Positions 49,688-62,076 of a DNA stretch of 64,000 bases are shown in pieces (position 1 is the first letter of the stretch; the number at the start of each line of letters is the position of its first letter). The position numbers were made by a program, and so were the translations under genes. The notes beneath the pieces are model-generated. The model did not search any database and was not told where the DNA came from. It was given only the letters and a program-made list of their open reading frames with translations. This stretch comes from Raja brachyura (taxonomy: Eukaryota), in assembly GCA_963514005.1 (NCBI GenBank), contig OY740802.1:27590001-27654000 (forward strand), given 5' to 3'.

Positions 49688-49942
49688 ATCATGTGCACCT
49701 TTCGCTTCCTTGGTCCTTTCTAAACTAAGTTTCCCCAAACTTGCCATTTCACCTCTTGCCCATGGCAGGAACTCTGAACTACAGATTAGGAACTGCACCC
49801 CCACTTATCCAATGTTGTTTTCTCTTTTGCAGCTGCTCCCAAGGTATTTTTGGCAGCTCATTTTCTACACTGTAGAAATCTGCATATACTGGGCCCTTGG
49901 GCCCTTTCATGAATAGGAACAGGAATACTTTATTGTCACATT

Positions 49943-52510
49943 CAACTTTTTTTCCCGGTTGCCAGCCGGGCAACCTTGGCAGCTTTTTAGGTTGCCAAAT
50001 GACAGTTTAGGTGGTCATTTAAGACGGTTTGCATGACACGTACGATAATGTGCTCGGACTAAGTGCGTAGTTACCAGTTGGAATTATGCTCAATGAAGCA
50101 GTCACATGTTATTTCTGCTTCAAAGTCACAAACTAAACATGTTCACCAATCAAGACCTGATATATACCACAATGACATGCAGCAAAATTATAATACAATA
50201 TCGCAACTCTTTTTACACATTGCAATTAATTCAATTTCTATTAGTTCTTTTCACTTTCAAACAAAAATGTGGTTGGATTATTCAGCGTATGATCAACCTG
50301 TGTCAATAAATCCTGGACCATGGTCACATATATGCTTAACCATGCACACTACAGATTGATGCAAGCATGTTTTCTGTGAAGGACTGAAAATTACCATGAC
50401 ATAGGTGTAGCATGGGTCATTATTGCTATTGGTACATAAACACTCTCGCTTCCCACATAATCTATCCATAACAAAATATACAGGTTGCAAGGAAATTTCT
50501 AAAGGCATTTTATGATAATAGCTGTTAAATCCAACTATACCCATCTGACAGGTTAAACATTACACTAATTGACAAGAGATGGCCAAAGGACATAACTGCA
50601 GCATATGTTCTTTTGGTAATATGTTTAAAGGTGTCAATACGCCACATTACCGGACATTCAGATTAGATGTACGTGTTGTGAACAGCAAAGGAGATACCCA
50701 GTTTGTACGCACCAGATTTAAAACAAATTATTGATAAACGCTGTTTCCATCATTCCGACTTCAGAATTAACGTTAAAATTTCAACTGAAATGTCTCATGA
50801 CCAAATTTGTGATGTATATCACCGACTGTAGAAGTAAAACCTGGATAAATTGTATAGTTGTACGTATAGTTGTGAATGTTGCTCATTAAATAACTATGGT
50901 ACTGATACTTCATATTAAGAGCATTGATTTGCCGTTAAAATGAATTCTGTAATAATGTGTCAATGGTAGCAGTGACAATCGAACACTGCGGTTTTAACGT
51001 TTCACGTGTTCACAATTTAATTAATCCATGTTTATGGACTAAAACAAATAATAACATTGGGAATTAAAACACATTTGATTGCATTCCATTATCAAACATA
51101 GTCAGTGTTCGCTCTGAAGACATTTCCAGCACAATAGGATCGGGGGGGGGGGGGGGTGAATCGGTGCGGGATGGCTTAGGTGGCGGGGGGGGGGGGGGGG
51201 GGGGGTGGTTGAGAAGGCAATCGGTGCGGGATGGATGGATTGAGGCAGGTGAATTAGTATGTGTTGGTTGGAGTATGTAAAATTGTGAGGGAAGAGCACT
51301 GGGGATGTCAGTGGTGTTAAATGGGGAGATCAGTATGGGATGGATAGGGGGGGGGGGGGTCAGTACAGTGTGAACCGGAGGGTCTGTGCAGGATGAATCA
51401 GGGGATCACTACAGGATGAATCAGGGGATCAGTACAGAATGAATGGGGGGGTATCAGTACAGGATGAATGGGGGGGATTCAGTAAAAGATGAATGAGGAG
51501 ATCAGCACAGGATGAATGAGGGGAACAGTATTGGATGAATGGGAGATCAGTACAAGATGAATGAGAGGATCAGTACAGGATGAATGGGTGGATCAGTAAA
51601 AGATGAATTGGGAGATCAGGATCGATGGGGGGATCGGTGCAGGGTAAATGGAGAGTGGGTCAGTACGGGATGAATAGGGGGAGATCAGTGCAGGATGAAT
51701 GGGTGGTGGCAGGAGAATCAATGCGAGGTGGATAGGGTGATCAGCGCAGGATGAATAGATGGGGAGGAGACCACGGGGATGTCAGTGAGGACTGAATAGA
51801 GGCAGGAATGGGGATCAGTGCGGGATGCAGAAAAGGGGTCTCAGGATAAGGGGGGAGGGGTGGATGGGGCGTACAAGGGAGGGGGGGGAAGGGGCAGAGG
51901 AGGTGGGGAGGAAGGAAGGTCAGCGCTCCTCGGACAACATTTCCCGGCTACCTTGGCCGTCCCTGTCCACCGCCAAGTGCCGTCGTCAAAGGGATCTCCT
52001 CGCCACCACCTCCCCTCCTCCACCAGCCAACAGCAAGGTGCGGGGCCGAGCGGTGCAGCTCAAAGATCCTATAGCTATAGGATCTTTCGTGCAGCTGCTT
52101 CAGACGGCGGAAGGAGCCCTCCCTCCTCCCGGTCTTGGCGTGCAAGAGGGTTTGTTTTGAAAGTGGTTATCGCCGTTAGTGGATTTGCAAACAGTGGCCG
52201 CTATCAGGGCGGGCGAGGTACGGGAGGAGGAGGCGGTGGGGCCGCTGCTGCCACTGTGCGGGGCCCGTCATTCGCTCCGACCCTTTGTCACCACACACCT
52301 AATATCTTTGCCACGCACAACAGCCATTGCCAACATGAAATGTCATGTTCCTTTTCTCCAGAGAAGCTGCCTGACCCGCTGAGTTACTCCAGTTTTTTGT
52401 GTCTATGTTCAGTATAAACCAGTACCGGGCAAAATGACTCGCCCTTTAGGTTGCCCAGCGGCACTTTGGGTGGTCATTGGCACTCGGGCAACCGCTAATT
52501 TCGAGCCCTG
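49943..52510. mobile_element. hAT-like non-autonomous element with only the right terminus intact (...aatttcgagccctg)
   Basis: Repeated ggttgcc/gggcaacc subterminal motifs at both ends; CAGGGCTCGAAATT-type terminus at 52510; contains a minisatellite. Confidence 0.6.
51300..51830. repeat. Minisatellite, ~22-bp unit (gggggatcagtacaggatgaat), about 20 copies
   Basis: atcagtacaggatgaat is repeated in tandem. Confidence 0.9.
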
Positions 52511-53740
52511 ACATTTGACTAGGCACAGTGAGATTATTTGCCTGCATACACAATGTATGCAAATAGCAGCCACCTACGGCGCTGACAAAGTTACAAAGCA
52601 TGCCGGGTCCCCGTTGTCCATTGTTCTCCTCTCAGTTCCCTCATGGAGGCCCCCCACTTTGGGTCCTCCATTTTTCTTCCCCCTCCCTCACGGCGGTCCT
52701 CCACGCTCCCATCGACCATCGACTATGTGTCGAGCCACGAGGCCTTGCCGACGCCATGAGGCTTCACCACCACGGAGACCCCAGCGTCGCAAAGCTTTAT
52801 GTCCGCAGTTGCCGCTACCGAGGTCTCACCGCTGTCGACACCCCACTTCACCCCACCGTGAAATGGGGCGCCACACGATTCGCTGCCCCGCCAACAGTCT
52901 GTCTGTTTTTTTGTCTTTTTTTAAATGTTTAATGTGTGTTAAAAGTCTGTAAATGTTCTCCGGTTTGTTTTATGTGGGGGGAGGGAGTGGGGGAGACCGT
53001 AATCAGGATCTGTGAGGCAGCAGCTCCACCGCTGCGCCACTGTGCTGCCCCGTCAGAGAGGAAATGTGACCAACACTTGGTCAGAGTTGTGCAGAATCAT
53101 ATTCCTGGATAAATTCATTTTGTTTCGTTTATTGCCACATGTATCGAGGTACAGTGAAAAGTTTTTGTTACATGCTAACCAGTCAGCGGAAAGAAAATGT
53201 ATTGATTACAATTAAGCCATCCGCAGTGTACAGATACATGATAAAGGGAATAACATTTAAGGCAAGATAAACTCCAGTAAAGTCTGATTAAAGATAGTCT
53301 GAGGGACTCCAATGAGGTAGGTAGTAGCCCAGGACTGTTCTCCATTTGTTAGTAGGAGCGTTCAGTTGCCTGATAACAGCGGGGAAGAAACTGTCCCTGA
53401 ATATGGAGGTATGCGTTTTCACACTTCTGCACCTCTTGTCAGAGGGGAGAAAGGTGAATGTCCGGGGTGCGACTCGTCGTTGATTATGCTGGTGGCCTTG
53501 CCGAAGCAGTGTGAAGTATAGATGGAGTCAATTGAAGTGAGTTTGGTTTGCCTGATGGTCTGGGCAGCATCCACAATTCCCAGCAATTTCTTACGGTCTT
53601 AGATGGAGCTGATCCTGAACCATGCTGTCATGTATCCCGATTAAATAGATTTGGCAGAGGTGGCGGTGGGAATATGAAAGGAGCAATAATTCTGATATCT
53701 AGGTGTATATTAGCTTTAAGCTTCCTCTGTTGTTCCACAG

Positions 53741-53875
53741 ATTTTGATCCCAGTTGTACCAGATGAAGTTCTACTGAACAGTAATCTCATCCAGCACCTA
53801 GCACTTAATGCCAAAGATGCAGCTCTCCTTTATGGCGTGCTTATGAGGACCAAAGAAGATCCAAATTCCAGTGAG
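53741..53875 (+). CDS. GSS: GSS exon 2 (ILIPVVPDEVLLNSNLIQHLALNAKDAALLYGVLMRTKEDPNSSE)
   Basis: ttccacag/gtcagt boundaries; 135 nt; aligns to the GSS N-terminus (A.D.AL..GVL.RT...P.SSE). Confidence 0.93.
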
Positions 53876-54562
53876 GTCAGTACTGGTGAAAATGGCCTTT
53901 TATTTTGGGCGGTATGACTTTACATTTTACTTTATTTAAACTTTAGAGATACAGCCTGGAAACGGGCCCTTTGGCCCATCAAGTCAGCACCAACCAGCGA
54001 ATCACCCATACACTAGCACTAATAAAGACAATTGTTTAAATGGGGTAAGGGGATTAGAGGTTCAATGGTTTCAGACTCACAATAACCTTTTTTTGTGGGG
54101 GGGGGAGAATAGAAGGCCTTTTCAACAGAAAGATTATTTTTATTACTGCAAGGTACAATTACTAGATGCTGTATGTTATTATTTATTAGAGTATTGTTGC
54201 AGAAGTGTCAAAAGAAACAATTGCTTGTCAATTTTAAAGGCCACCTGTTGCAAAACTGTTTAAGAAGGAACTGCAGATGCTGGAAAATCGAAGGTAGACA
54301 AAAGTGCTGGAGAAACTCAGCGGGTGCAGCAGCATCTATGGAGTGAAGGAAATAGGCAATGTTTTGGGCCGAAACCCTTCTACAGACTGTTGCAAAACTG
54401 ACAGATTGTGTTAAGAAACAATGGTGCCTGAATACCAAGGGCATGTTACATGGAAACGGGTTTTTTGCCCTAATACTGTTTAAACTCAAGACAGCTTTTT
54501 CTCTGATTGTTAATTTCCAAAGTAACCTTTGAGAAGTTCCCTCGATTCGAATCACAATTGTG

Positions 54563-55160
54563 TTACGATATGATACGATATAACTTTTTATTTATCCCAG
54601 GAGGGAAATTGATCTGCCAACAGTCATAAAACACAAGATACATGAAATATGAGATTAAAGTGACGTGGAAAGGATTTGGGATGTGCAAAGATTTTTTTTG
54701 GGGGGGGGGGGGTACGTAGGGGACAGAAGGGGGAGGAGTTGTACACCTTGATAGCCACAAGGAAGAAGGATCTCCTGCAGCGTTCTGTGCTGCAACTTTT
54801 TGGAACCAGTCTGTTGCTGAAGGTGCTCCTCAGGTTGACCAGTGTTTCATGGAGGGGGTGAGCTGTATTGTCCAAGATGCTCTGCAATTTGAGGAGCATC
54901 CTCCCCTCCAAGACCACCTCTTATGGATCCAATTCCGCCCCCAGGACAGAGCCAGCCTTCCTGATGAGTTTGTTAATCCTGTTTGCATCCGCGGTCTTTG
55001 TCCTGCTGCCCCAGCACACGACAGCGAAGAAGATGGTACTGGCTACCACTGGCTGCAGCATCTTGATGAATGAGCGGAGACTCCTCAAAAAGTACAGCCG
55101 GCTCTGTCACTTTTTGTACAGGGTCTCAGTGTTGCTGGACCAGTCCAGTTTACTGTCCAG
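54563..55160 (-). mobile_element. Rex1/Babar-type LINE 3' fragment
   Basis: ILDNTAHPLHETL...TERCRRSFF..AIKVYN; short tandem tail (tatcg-like). Confidence 0.8.
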
Positions 55161-55348
55161 GAGTGCTGTTGTAAGCAATGTTATTAGCAGTTTGACCTTG
55201 GTGGTAGTGTTCCTTAATTCATCACTTGTGTTGTATTGTGCAACTGTGCGTTATGCAGAGCTACCTGTACTAGATTTTGCCTCTAAAGTTGATAATTCCA
55301 GTGTCTCACACACTGAGTTGAATGGATCTTACACTTTTTCCCTTCTAG

Positions 55349-55494
55349 ACAATCAACTATGCTCCCTTCACCCTGTTCCCATCGCCGGTACCAACAAGTC
55401 TCTTCAACCAGGCATTTGAGGTCCAGCAAGATTTCAACTTGCTGGTTGATAAAATCAGCATGGATTCCGAATTTCTGAAAAATTCGTTAGCTAG
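55349..55494 (+). CDS. GSS: GSS exon 3 (TINYAPFTLFPSPVPTSLFNQAFEVQQDFNLLVDKISMDSEFLKNSLAS)
   Basis: ttctag/gtaaga boundaries; 146 nt; YAPFTLFPS motif. Confidence 0.97.
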
Positions 55495-55928
55495 GTAAGA
55501 TTCGAGCATTGTGACTCACAGATGACCCCCACGACCTCTTTCCACCATCCCCACCTATCTACTCACTGTAAATGGCACGATTGTAATCATGTATTATCTT
55601 TCCACTGACTGGATAGCACACAACATAAGCTTTTCACTATACCTCAGTACATGTGACAATAAACTAAACTGAACTATCACTTACCAGGTTTTGTTCCAAC
55701 CCTCTTTTTCAGTGCCCTCCGCCTTCTACTATCAGTCTGAGGAAGGGTCCCAACCTGAAATGTCACCTATCCATTCTCTCCACAGATGCTGTCTGACTCG
55801 CTGAGTTCTCCAGTACTTTTTTTTTTCTGCTCAAGATTCCAGATCTGCAGTTTCTTGTGCCTCTCTTTGTTTTGTTTGTTTAACTACTGCAATCCTATCG
55901 AATATGTTTTCTTTGCTGTCACTTCTAG

Positions 55929-56004
55929 CACAGCAGAAGCTGATGAATTTACAGCTCGCCTGTTCAACATCTACACTCAGGTGCTTGATGAAGGCATTGC
56001 CCAG
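55929..56004 (+). CDS. GSS: GSS exon 4 (TAEADEFTARLFNIYTQVLDEGIAQ)
   Basis: ttctag/gtaatt boundaries; 76 nt; D.FTARLF motif. Confidence 0.96.
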
Positions 56005-56039
56005 GTAATTGATTGTGCTTTGTACTGTTAAATTCATGT

Positions 56040-56565
56040 TCTAGGTGCAGAATTAGGCCATTTGGCCTTCTCCGCCTTTATAAGCATGGCTAATAATCAT
56101 GACTAAATAATCTTTCTCTTTTCCCTTCCCCTTCCTTCTCCCCATAACCCTTGACACCCATACTTATCAAGAATCTGTCCATCTCCACGTTAAAATGATC
56201 CATCGACTTGGCCTCCACAGCCGTTTATGGCTATGAACTCCACAGATTTACCACCCTCTGACTAAAACAAGTTCTTCCTCATTTCCTTTCTAAAGGTGCG
56301 CCCTTTTATTTTGAGGCTATGGCCTCTGGTCCTAGATTCTCCCTCTAATGGAAACATCCTATCCGCATCCACTCTATCCAGGCCTTGCACTATTTGGTAA
56401 GTTTCAATGAGGTTCCCGCTCATTCTTCTAAACTCCAGTGAGTACAGGCCCAGTGCCATCAAACACTCATCCTATGTTAACCCAATCACCCCTGGGATTA
56501 TTTCTTGTAAACCTCCTCTGGACCCTCTCCCATACTAGCACATCCTTCCTCAGATATGGGGCCCA
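56040..56565 (-). mobile_element. CR1 3' fragment
   Basis: LGLYSLEFRRMSGNLIETY...MFPLEGESRTRGHSL. Confidence 0.88.
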
Positions 56566-56813
56566 AAGCATTACTGGATTAAAGTTCAGTTCCCACCGTA
56601 TGAAGTGCTGCCCGTGATCATGACAAGGTGGAAGAACAGTTCAGTTCTCTCAATTCTCAAAGAACTTAATTTGATTTCTGAAATAATGACCACTTTCTTA
56701 AATCTTACACACCGGGAAATGAGGTCTGGAAATGTATTGCATGGAAAGTGCTTGACCTCTTGCTTTTGTGTAAACTAAAGTCTGATCTTTTTTTATTCAT
56801 TTCCCTTGTTCAG

Positions 56814-56953
56814 TCTATTACGCTGGGAGTGAACAGGTCAGATTACATGTTTGACAAAAGACCCAAGCTGACTGCTACTTTGAAACAGGTTGAGATTAAC
56901 ACCATTGCTGCCAGTTTTGCAGGATTGGCTGCCAGAGTCCCAGAAGTGCATCG
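56814..56953 (+). CDS. GSS: GSS exon 5 (SITLGVNRSDYMFDKRPKLTATLKQVEINTIAASFAGLAARVPEVHR)
   Basis: gttcag/gtaagt boundaries; 140 nt; catalytic RSDY and EINT motifs. Confidence 0.97.
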
Positions 56954-58573
56954 GTAAGTCCACATGGATGACTTCTGCCTGTTTAATTGATGTTGGTCTT
57001 CCCTTTTGTGTCCGGGCTCACTGTTTCCTCCCCGCTTGCATCCATCCTGGAACTCACCGCTCATAACAACTTGAGCATGGATGGACATGGTGCCTCTTAC
57101 AAGCTCAGTAGAGTAATTCTGTACAATTTGCTAATTGGAGATGTGCTTGGGTAGGGCCATGCTCTACTGGACTGTTTCTAAGTTTCCAAGAAAATAATTT
57201 TACTGTGCATTTACACTTTGCGCATATGACAATAAAAGCTCCATTGAGCTATGCTTCAATACCGTGGATATTTCCACCAGTAGGAGAATCTAACACCGGA
57301 GGAATAACAGCCTCGGACACAGCTTTAGAATGGAGATGAGGAAGAATTCCTTTAGCTAGAGGGTGGTGAATCGGTGGATTTCATTGCCACAGAGGGTTTT
57401 TCTTTGGAGATACAGTGTGGAAACAGAGTGTGACAGGAAACCAGACCAGCCAGAAGAAACCCACACAGTTGCAGGGAGAATGTTCAAACTCTGTACCGAC
57501 AGCACCTGTAATCAGGATCGATCCCGGATCTCTGGTGCTATAAGGTGGCAGCTCTACTGCTGTAGAGGCCATGTCATTGGGTATTTTTCAAACAGAAATT
57601 GATACGTTCTTTATTAGTAGGGATGTCAAAGGTTATGGGGAGAAGGTAGGAGAATGGGGTTGAGATGGGGGAATAATAGATTGGCTGTGATTGAATGCCA
57701 GAGCAGACTTGATGGGCTGAATGGCGTAATTCTGTTGCAATGTCTTATGATCTAATACCTGGATCTTTCTGTTGAAAAGCACTTTGCAGAATTCATGATT
57801 TGGCTTCAACAAGATCCCAAACCACCCTAGCAGTGGTCAGACTGGAAGGTGTGGCCTGGGCTGTTTACTGTTTGGTTGTGCAGTGGCACAGCTAGTAGAG
57901 TCTCCAGCTTCCCGGCTTCGCCCCTGACCTTGGGTGCTGTCTCTCTGGAGCTCCTGTGATCTACCTGTGATCATGTAGGTTTTCTCCTGGTGCTCTGGTT
58001 TTCTCCCCCATCTCAAAGATGTGCAGGGTTGGTATATTACCTGGCCCTCTGCAAATTGGCCCTAGTGTGTATGTTAGTGGCTGAATGTGGCTGGAGTTGA
58101 TGTGCATGGAATAGATCGGGATTAGAATAGGATTGACGTAAATGGTCAGTGTGGACCCATGTAGATCCAAAGGACCTGTCACATGGCTGTTTGTCTTTGC
58201 AATTTACTTTAGAGATGCCATGCAGAACCAGCCCACCGAGTCTGTGCTAACCAGCAATTCCTATACACTAGCACTATCCTGCACACTACGGACAATTTAC
58301 AATGTTTATCAAAGCCAATTAACCTCAAACTGTCGTCTTTGGAGTGTGGGAGGAAACCCACACGATCACGTGGAGAACAGAAACTCCTTACAAACAACGG
58401 CCATAGTCATGATCGAACCCGGATCTCTGGCGTTGTAAGGCAGCAACACTGCCGCTGTGCCACCGTGCCACCCCCCTTCCCTCCCCCATTGTGTTGCCTC
58501 TGAAAGATTTGTGTTCATAAACAAGATTTTTGCATCCTTTTAACACTGTGCTAGCTAATGTTATGTGTACTTA

Positions 58574-58844
58574 CAGTGCCCTCCATAATGTTTGGGTCAA
58601 AGACATTTACATGACATTGCTGTGTCCCAAACATTATGGTGCCCTGAAATGGAGGGACCATGGATAAATACTGCTGTACTTTCTACAGAGTGAAACCAAA
58701 ATGTGTAAAAATGGCCTTTATTAAAATCTGACAATGTGCACTTTAACCACATGTGATATTTTCTATTACTAATCTCAAATTGTGGAGCAGAGAGGCAAAT
58801 AAATAAATGATGGGTCTTTGTCCCAAACATTATGGTGGGCACTG
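58574..58844. mobile_element. Tc1/mariner-type MITE; a partial related copy lies at ~44628-44790
   Basis: TIRs cagtgccctccataatgtttggg / cccaaacattatggtgggcactg, flanked by TA. Confidence 0.9.
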
Positions 58845-58895
58845 TATGCTTTTAAAGACATAAGCAGTGTCTATATATTTCTAATTTTCACGTAG

Positions 58896-59012
58896 GCATG
58901 TAATGAATGTCTGGGGAAAACCTGATGAAGCGGCAAAGATCCTGAGTAACAAAGCAGTGAAAGGAATTTGCAAAGGCATCGCAAGAGCCTGGCACTTGTA
59001 TGGGTCGCCAGA
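58896..59012 (+). CDS. GSS: GSS exon 6 ([38 protein letters not shown])
   Basis: cacgtag/gtaagt boundaries; 117 nt; GIA.AW.LYGS motif. Confidence 0.96.
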
Positions 59013-59569
59013 GTAAGTACTATTCAACAGCAAATGAAAATAAAAAGAACTGTAGATGCTGTGTAATCTGACCTAAAATTCTCAACAGTTCAGGCAGCAT
59101 CTGTGCCTTTAGACTTGAGATACAGTATGGAAACAGTCCCTTTGTACCACCAAGTCAGCATGAACCAGCGATCACCTATGCATACATGACAATGAAAACC
59201 CATTGAAGCCCGTACTCCAGCACTGCCCTATGCACACAGAACAATTTACAATTTTACCAAAGCTAATTAATCTACAAACCTGTATGTGTGTGGGAGGAAA
59301 CCGGAGCACCCAGTGAAAACCCACGTAATCACAGGGAGAACGTACAAACTCAATGTACAGGCAGCATCCATAGTCAGGATTGAACCTGGGTCACTGGCGC
59401 TGTAAGGCAGCAGCTCTACCACTGTGCCACCCTTTAGGGCAATGCTATACAAATTCCAGGTGAAGGACCCTTGATCCGTATAAGAGATTTAAATGCACCA
59501 GTCAAACTTGTAACCTGTCTTTTACTACAATTGTGTGCGCAGAGGCCACACAAGTTCACAAGTTTTCGG

Positions 59570-60075
59570 AGTAGAATTGGGGCATTCAGTAAATGGAGTC
59601 CATTCTGCCATACAGTCATGGTGGATCTCTGCCTCCTAATCCCATTTTGCTGCCTTCTCCCCATAACCCTTGACACTTGTTCTAATCAAGGATTTGTCTA
59701 TCCCTGCCTTAAAAATACCCACTGACTTGGCCTCCACAGCCCTCTGTGGCAATGAGTTCCACAGATTAACTACCCTCTGAGTAAAGAAGTTCTTCCTCGC
59801 CTCCTTTCTAAAAGTGCGCCCTTTAATCAGGAGAGTTCTAGACTCTCCCAAACATCCTTTCCACATCCACTCTATCTATGTCTTTCATTATTCTGTAAGT
59901 TTCAATGAGGTCCCCCCTCACCTTCTAAACTCCAGTGAGTAGAGGTCCAGTGCTGTCAAACACTCATCATATGCACTAATTCCTGGAATCATTCTTGTAA
60001 ATCTCCTCTGGCCCCTCTCCAGAGCCAGCCCATCCTTCCTTAGAAATGGGGCCCACATTTGCTCACAGTACTCGA
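59570..60075 (-). mobile_element. CR1 3' fragment; another copy lies on the plus strand at ~60810-61230
   Basis: FEYCEQMWAPFLRKD...NFFTQRVVNLWNSLPQ. Confidence 0.88.
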
Positions 60076-60406
60076 AATGTGAGTGCATTGTCCACACACA
60101 ATGGTGATAAAAAAATAACAAGTATTTAATAATCCTATAGTTAAATAAATACCATATAACTTGATCACGACAAGTCGGCTGCCATAGCTCTAGTTCCCTC
60201 TTCAGATCCCATTTTCAATTTAAAAACCTGTGGATTGGCTAGTGCAAGTCGTTTAATACAGATAATTTTGTTTTCCGTAACGGTACGCGCTGGTGTTACT
60301 CAAAGTTACTCGATGTGTAGCATCCCATGAGCTGTTGTATGCATACTGACACCCATTTGTCTACAAAAAAGCACTGTGTAATGCTAACCTTTTGTGTTGA
60401 TTACAG

Positions 60407-60487
60407 CGCAGTGGTTCTCTTCCTGGTTGAGAAGATCTCGAGGAATATATTTGACCAGCGTTGCTTGGAAATGGAGCTTTGGAAAAA
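60407..60487 (+). CDS. GSS: GSS exon 7 (AVVLFLVEKISRNIFDQRCLEMELWK)
   Basis: ttacag/gtatgt boundaries; 81 nt; RNIFDQR motif. Confidence 0.96.
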
Positions 60488-62076
60488 GTATGTGTCCGTG
60501 AGGTTGAAGTGTCGGTTCATCTATTTTTTTAAAATTAAAATTGTACTCGTTGTATTACACAGCCATCATGAGATAAAGGACCTGATCTTGTGCTGCATTG
60601 TTCTATGTGTAGCTATGGACATGTTTCATGCTGCTAATGTCCTGTACCATCATAGATTTGAAAGGAGTGTCTCAACCCGTAACATCACCTATCCATGTTG
60701 TCCTGAGATACCCCCTGACCCGCTGATTGCTCCAACACACTGTTGTTTTTCTTTGGTAAACCGTCTTGAATTTCCTTGTTTTTACGGTGTCCTGCACACT
60801 CCTCACATTCATTTGATGGCCTGTACTTGATGGAGTTTAGAAGGATGAAGGGAGACCTCATTGAAACTTAGTGAATAATGAAGGGCCTGGTTAGAGTGGA
60901 TGTGGAGAGAATGTTTCCACTAGTGGGAGAGTCTAGGACCGGAGGGCACAGCCTCAGAATATAAGGATGTATGTTTAGAAAGGTGATGAGGAAGAATTTC
61001 TATAGACAGAGGGTGATGAATCTGAAATGCATTGCCACAGACAGCTGTTGATGCCATTCGGTATTTCTAAGGTAAGATTAACAGATTCTTGATTAGTAAG
61101 GGTGTCAAGTGTTATGGGGAGAACGTAGGAGAATGGGGTTGAGAGGGAAAGCTAGAACAGCCATGATTGAATGGCGGAGTAGACTCAATCGGTTAAATTA
61201 CCAAATTCTGCTTCTATGATTTATGAACTCCAAATAAAACTAAATTAATCTGCTGATTACTATCTGCATGTAATATTTACCCCTCCGTTCCCTACATGTT
61301 CAGATGCCTACCTAAAGCCTCCTAAATGCCACTCTTGTATCTGTTTGCACCACCACCCCTGGCAGCATATTCTAGGCACCTACAATTTTATGTAAACTTT
61401 AGTTTTGTTTATTATTGTACAGTGAAAAGCTGTTGTTTGCGTGCTATCCAGTCAAAGAAAAGACGATACACGAGTACAATCAAGCCGTCCACGGTGTACA
61501 GATAAAGGGTATACTGTTTAGTGCAAGATATAGTCTGATTAAATATGGTTTAAAAGTCTCCAAGGAGGTGTGATAGGAAGTCTGGACCGCTCTCCAGCTG
61601 GTGAGAGGACAGTTCAGTTGCCCGACAACAGCAGGGGAAGAAACTGTCCCTGAACCTGTCGGAATGTGTATTCGAACTTCTGTACCTCTTGCCTGATGGG
61701 AGAGGGGAGAAGAGGAAGCGCCTGGGGTGAGACTGGTTCTTGATTATGTTGGTGGACTTGCTGAGGCAGCATGAACAAACTTGTCTTGCGCATCTCCTTT
61801 TAAACTTTCTCCCTCTGACCTTAAAGCTATGCCCTTAGTATTTGACATTTCCAATGTGGGGAATGAAATGTTCTGACTCTCTACCCTATCTCATGCTCTT
61901 ATAATTTTATGCAGTGAATGTGTTTTGGGGCCGAGTGCTTTTGGGGTTAAGCACTATCAGTCCACTAATGGCCTGATAACCAAAGAGATAGACAGGTCTG
62001 GCAACTTTTAAAGCATGGGAAAATAATTAAACGTAAATTCAGCCCTAACACCGCATGAGTCTCTGGTTTCATTTTA

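Noticed and set aside
43735-51830. CRISPR-like arrays at the two minisatellites
   Set aside because: The units are contiguous and degenerate, with no unique spacers and no cas genes, in a vertebrate intron.
51818-52952. Long GC-rich ORFs (199 aa, 145 aa)
   Set aside because: They are low-complexity translations of repeat interiors with no recognisable domain or splice support.
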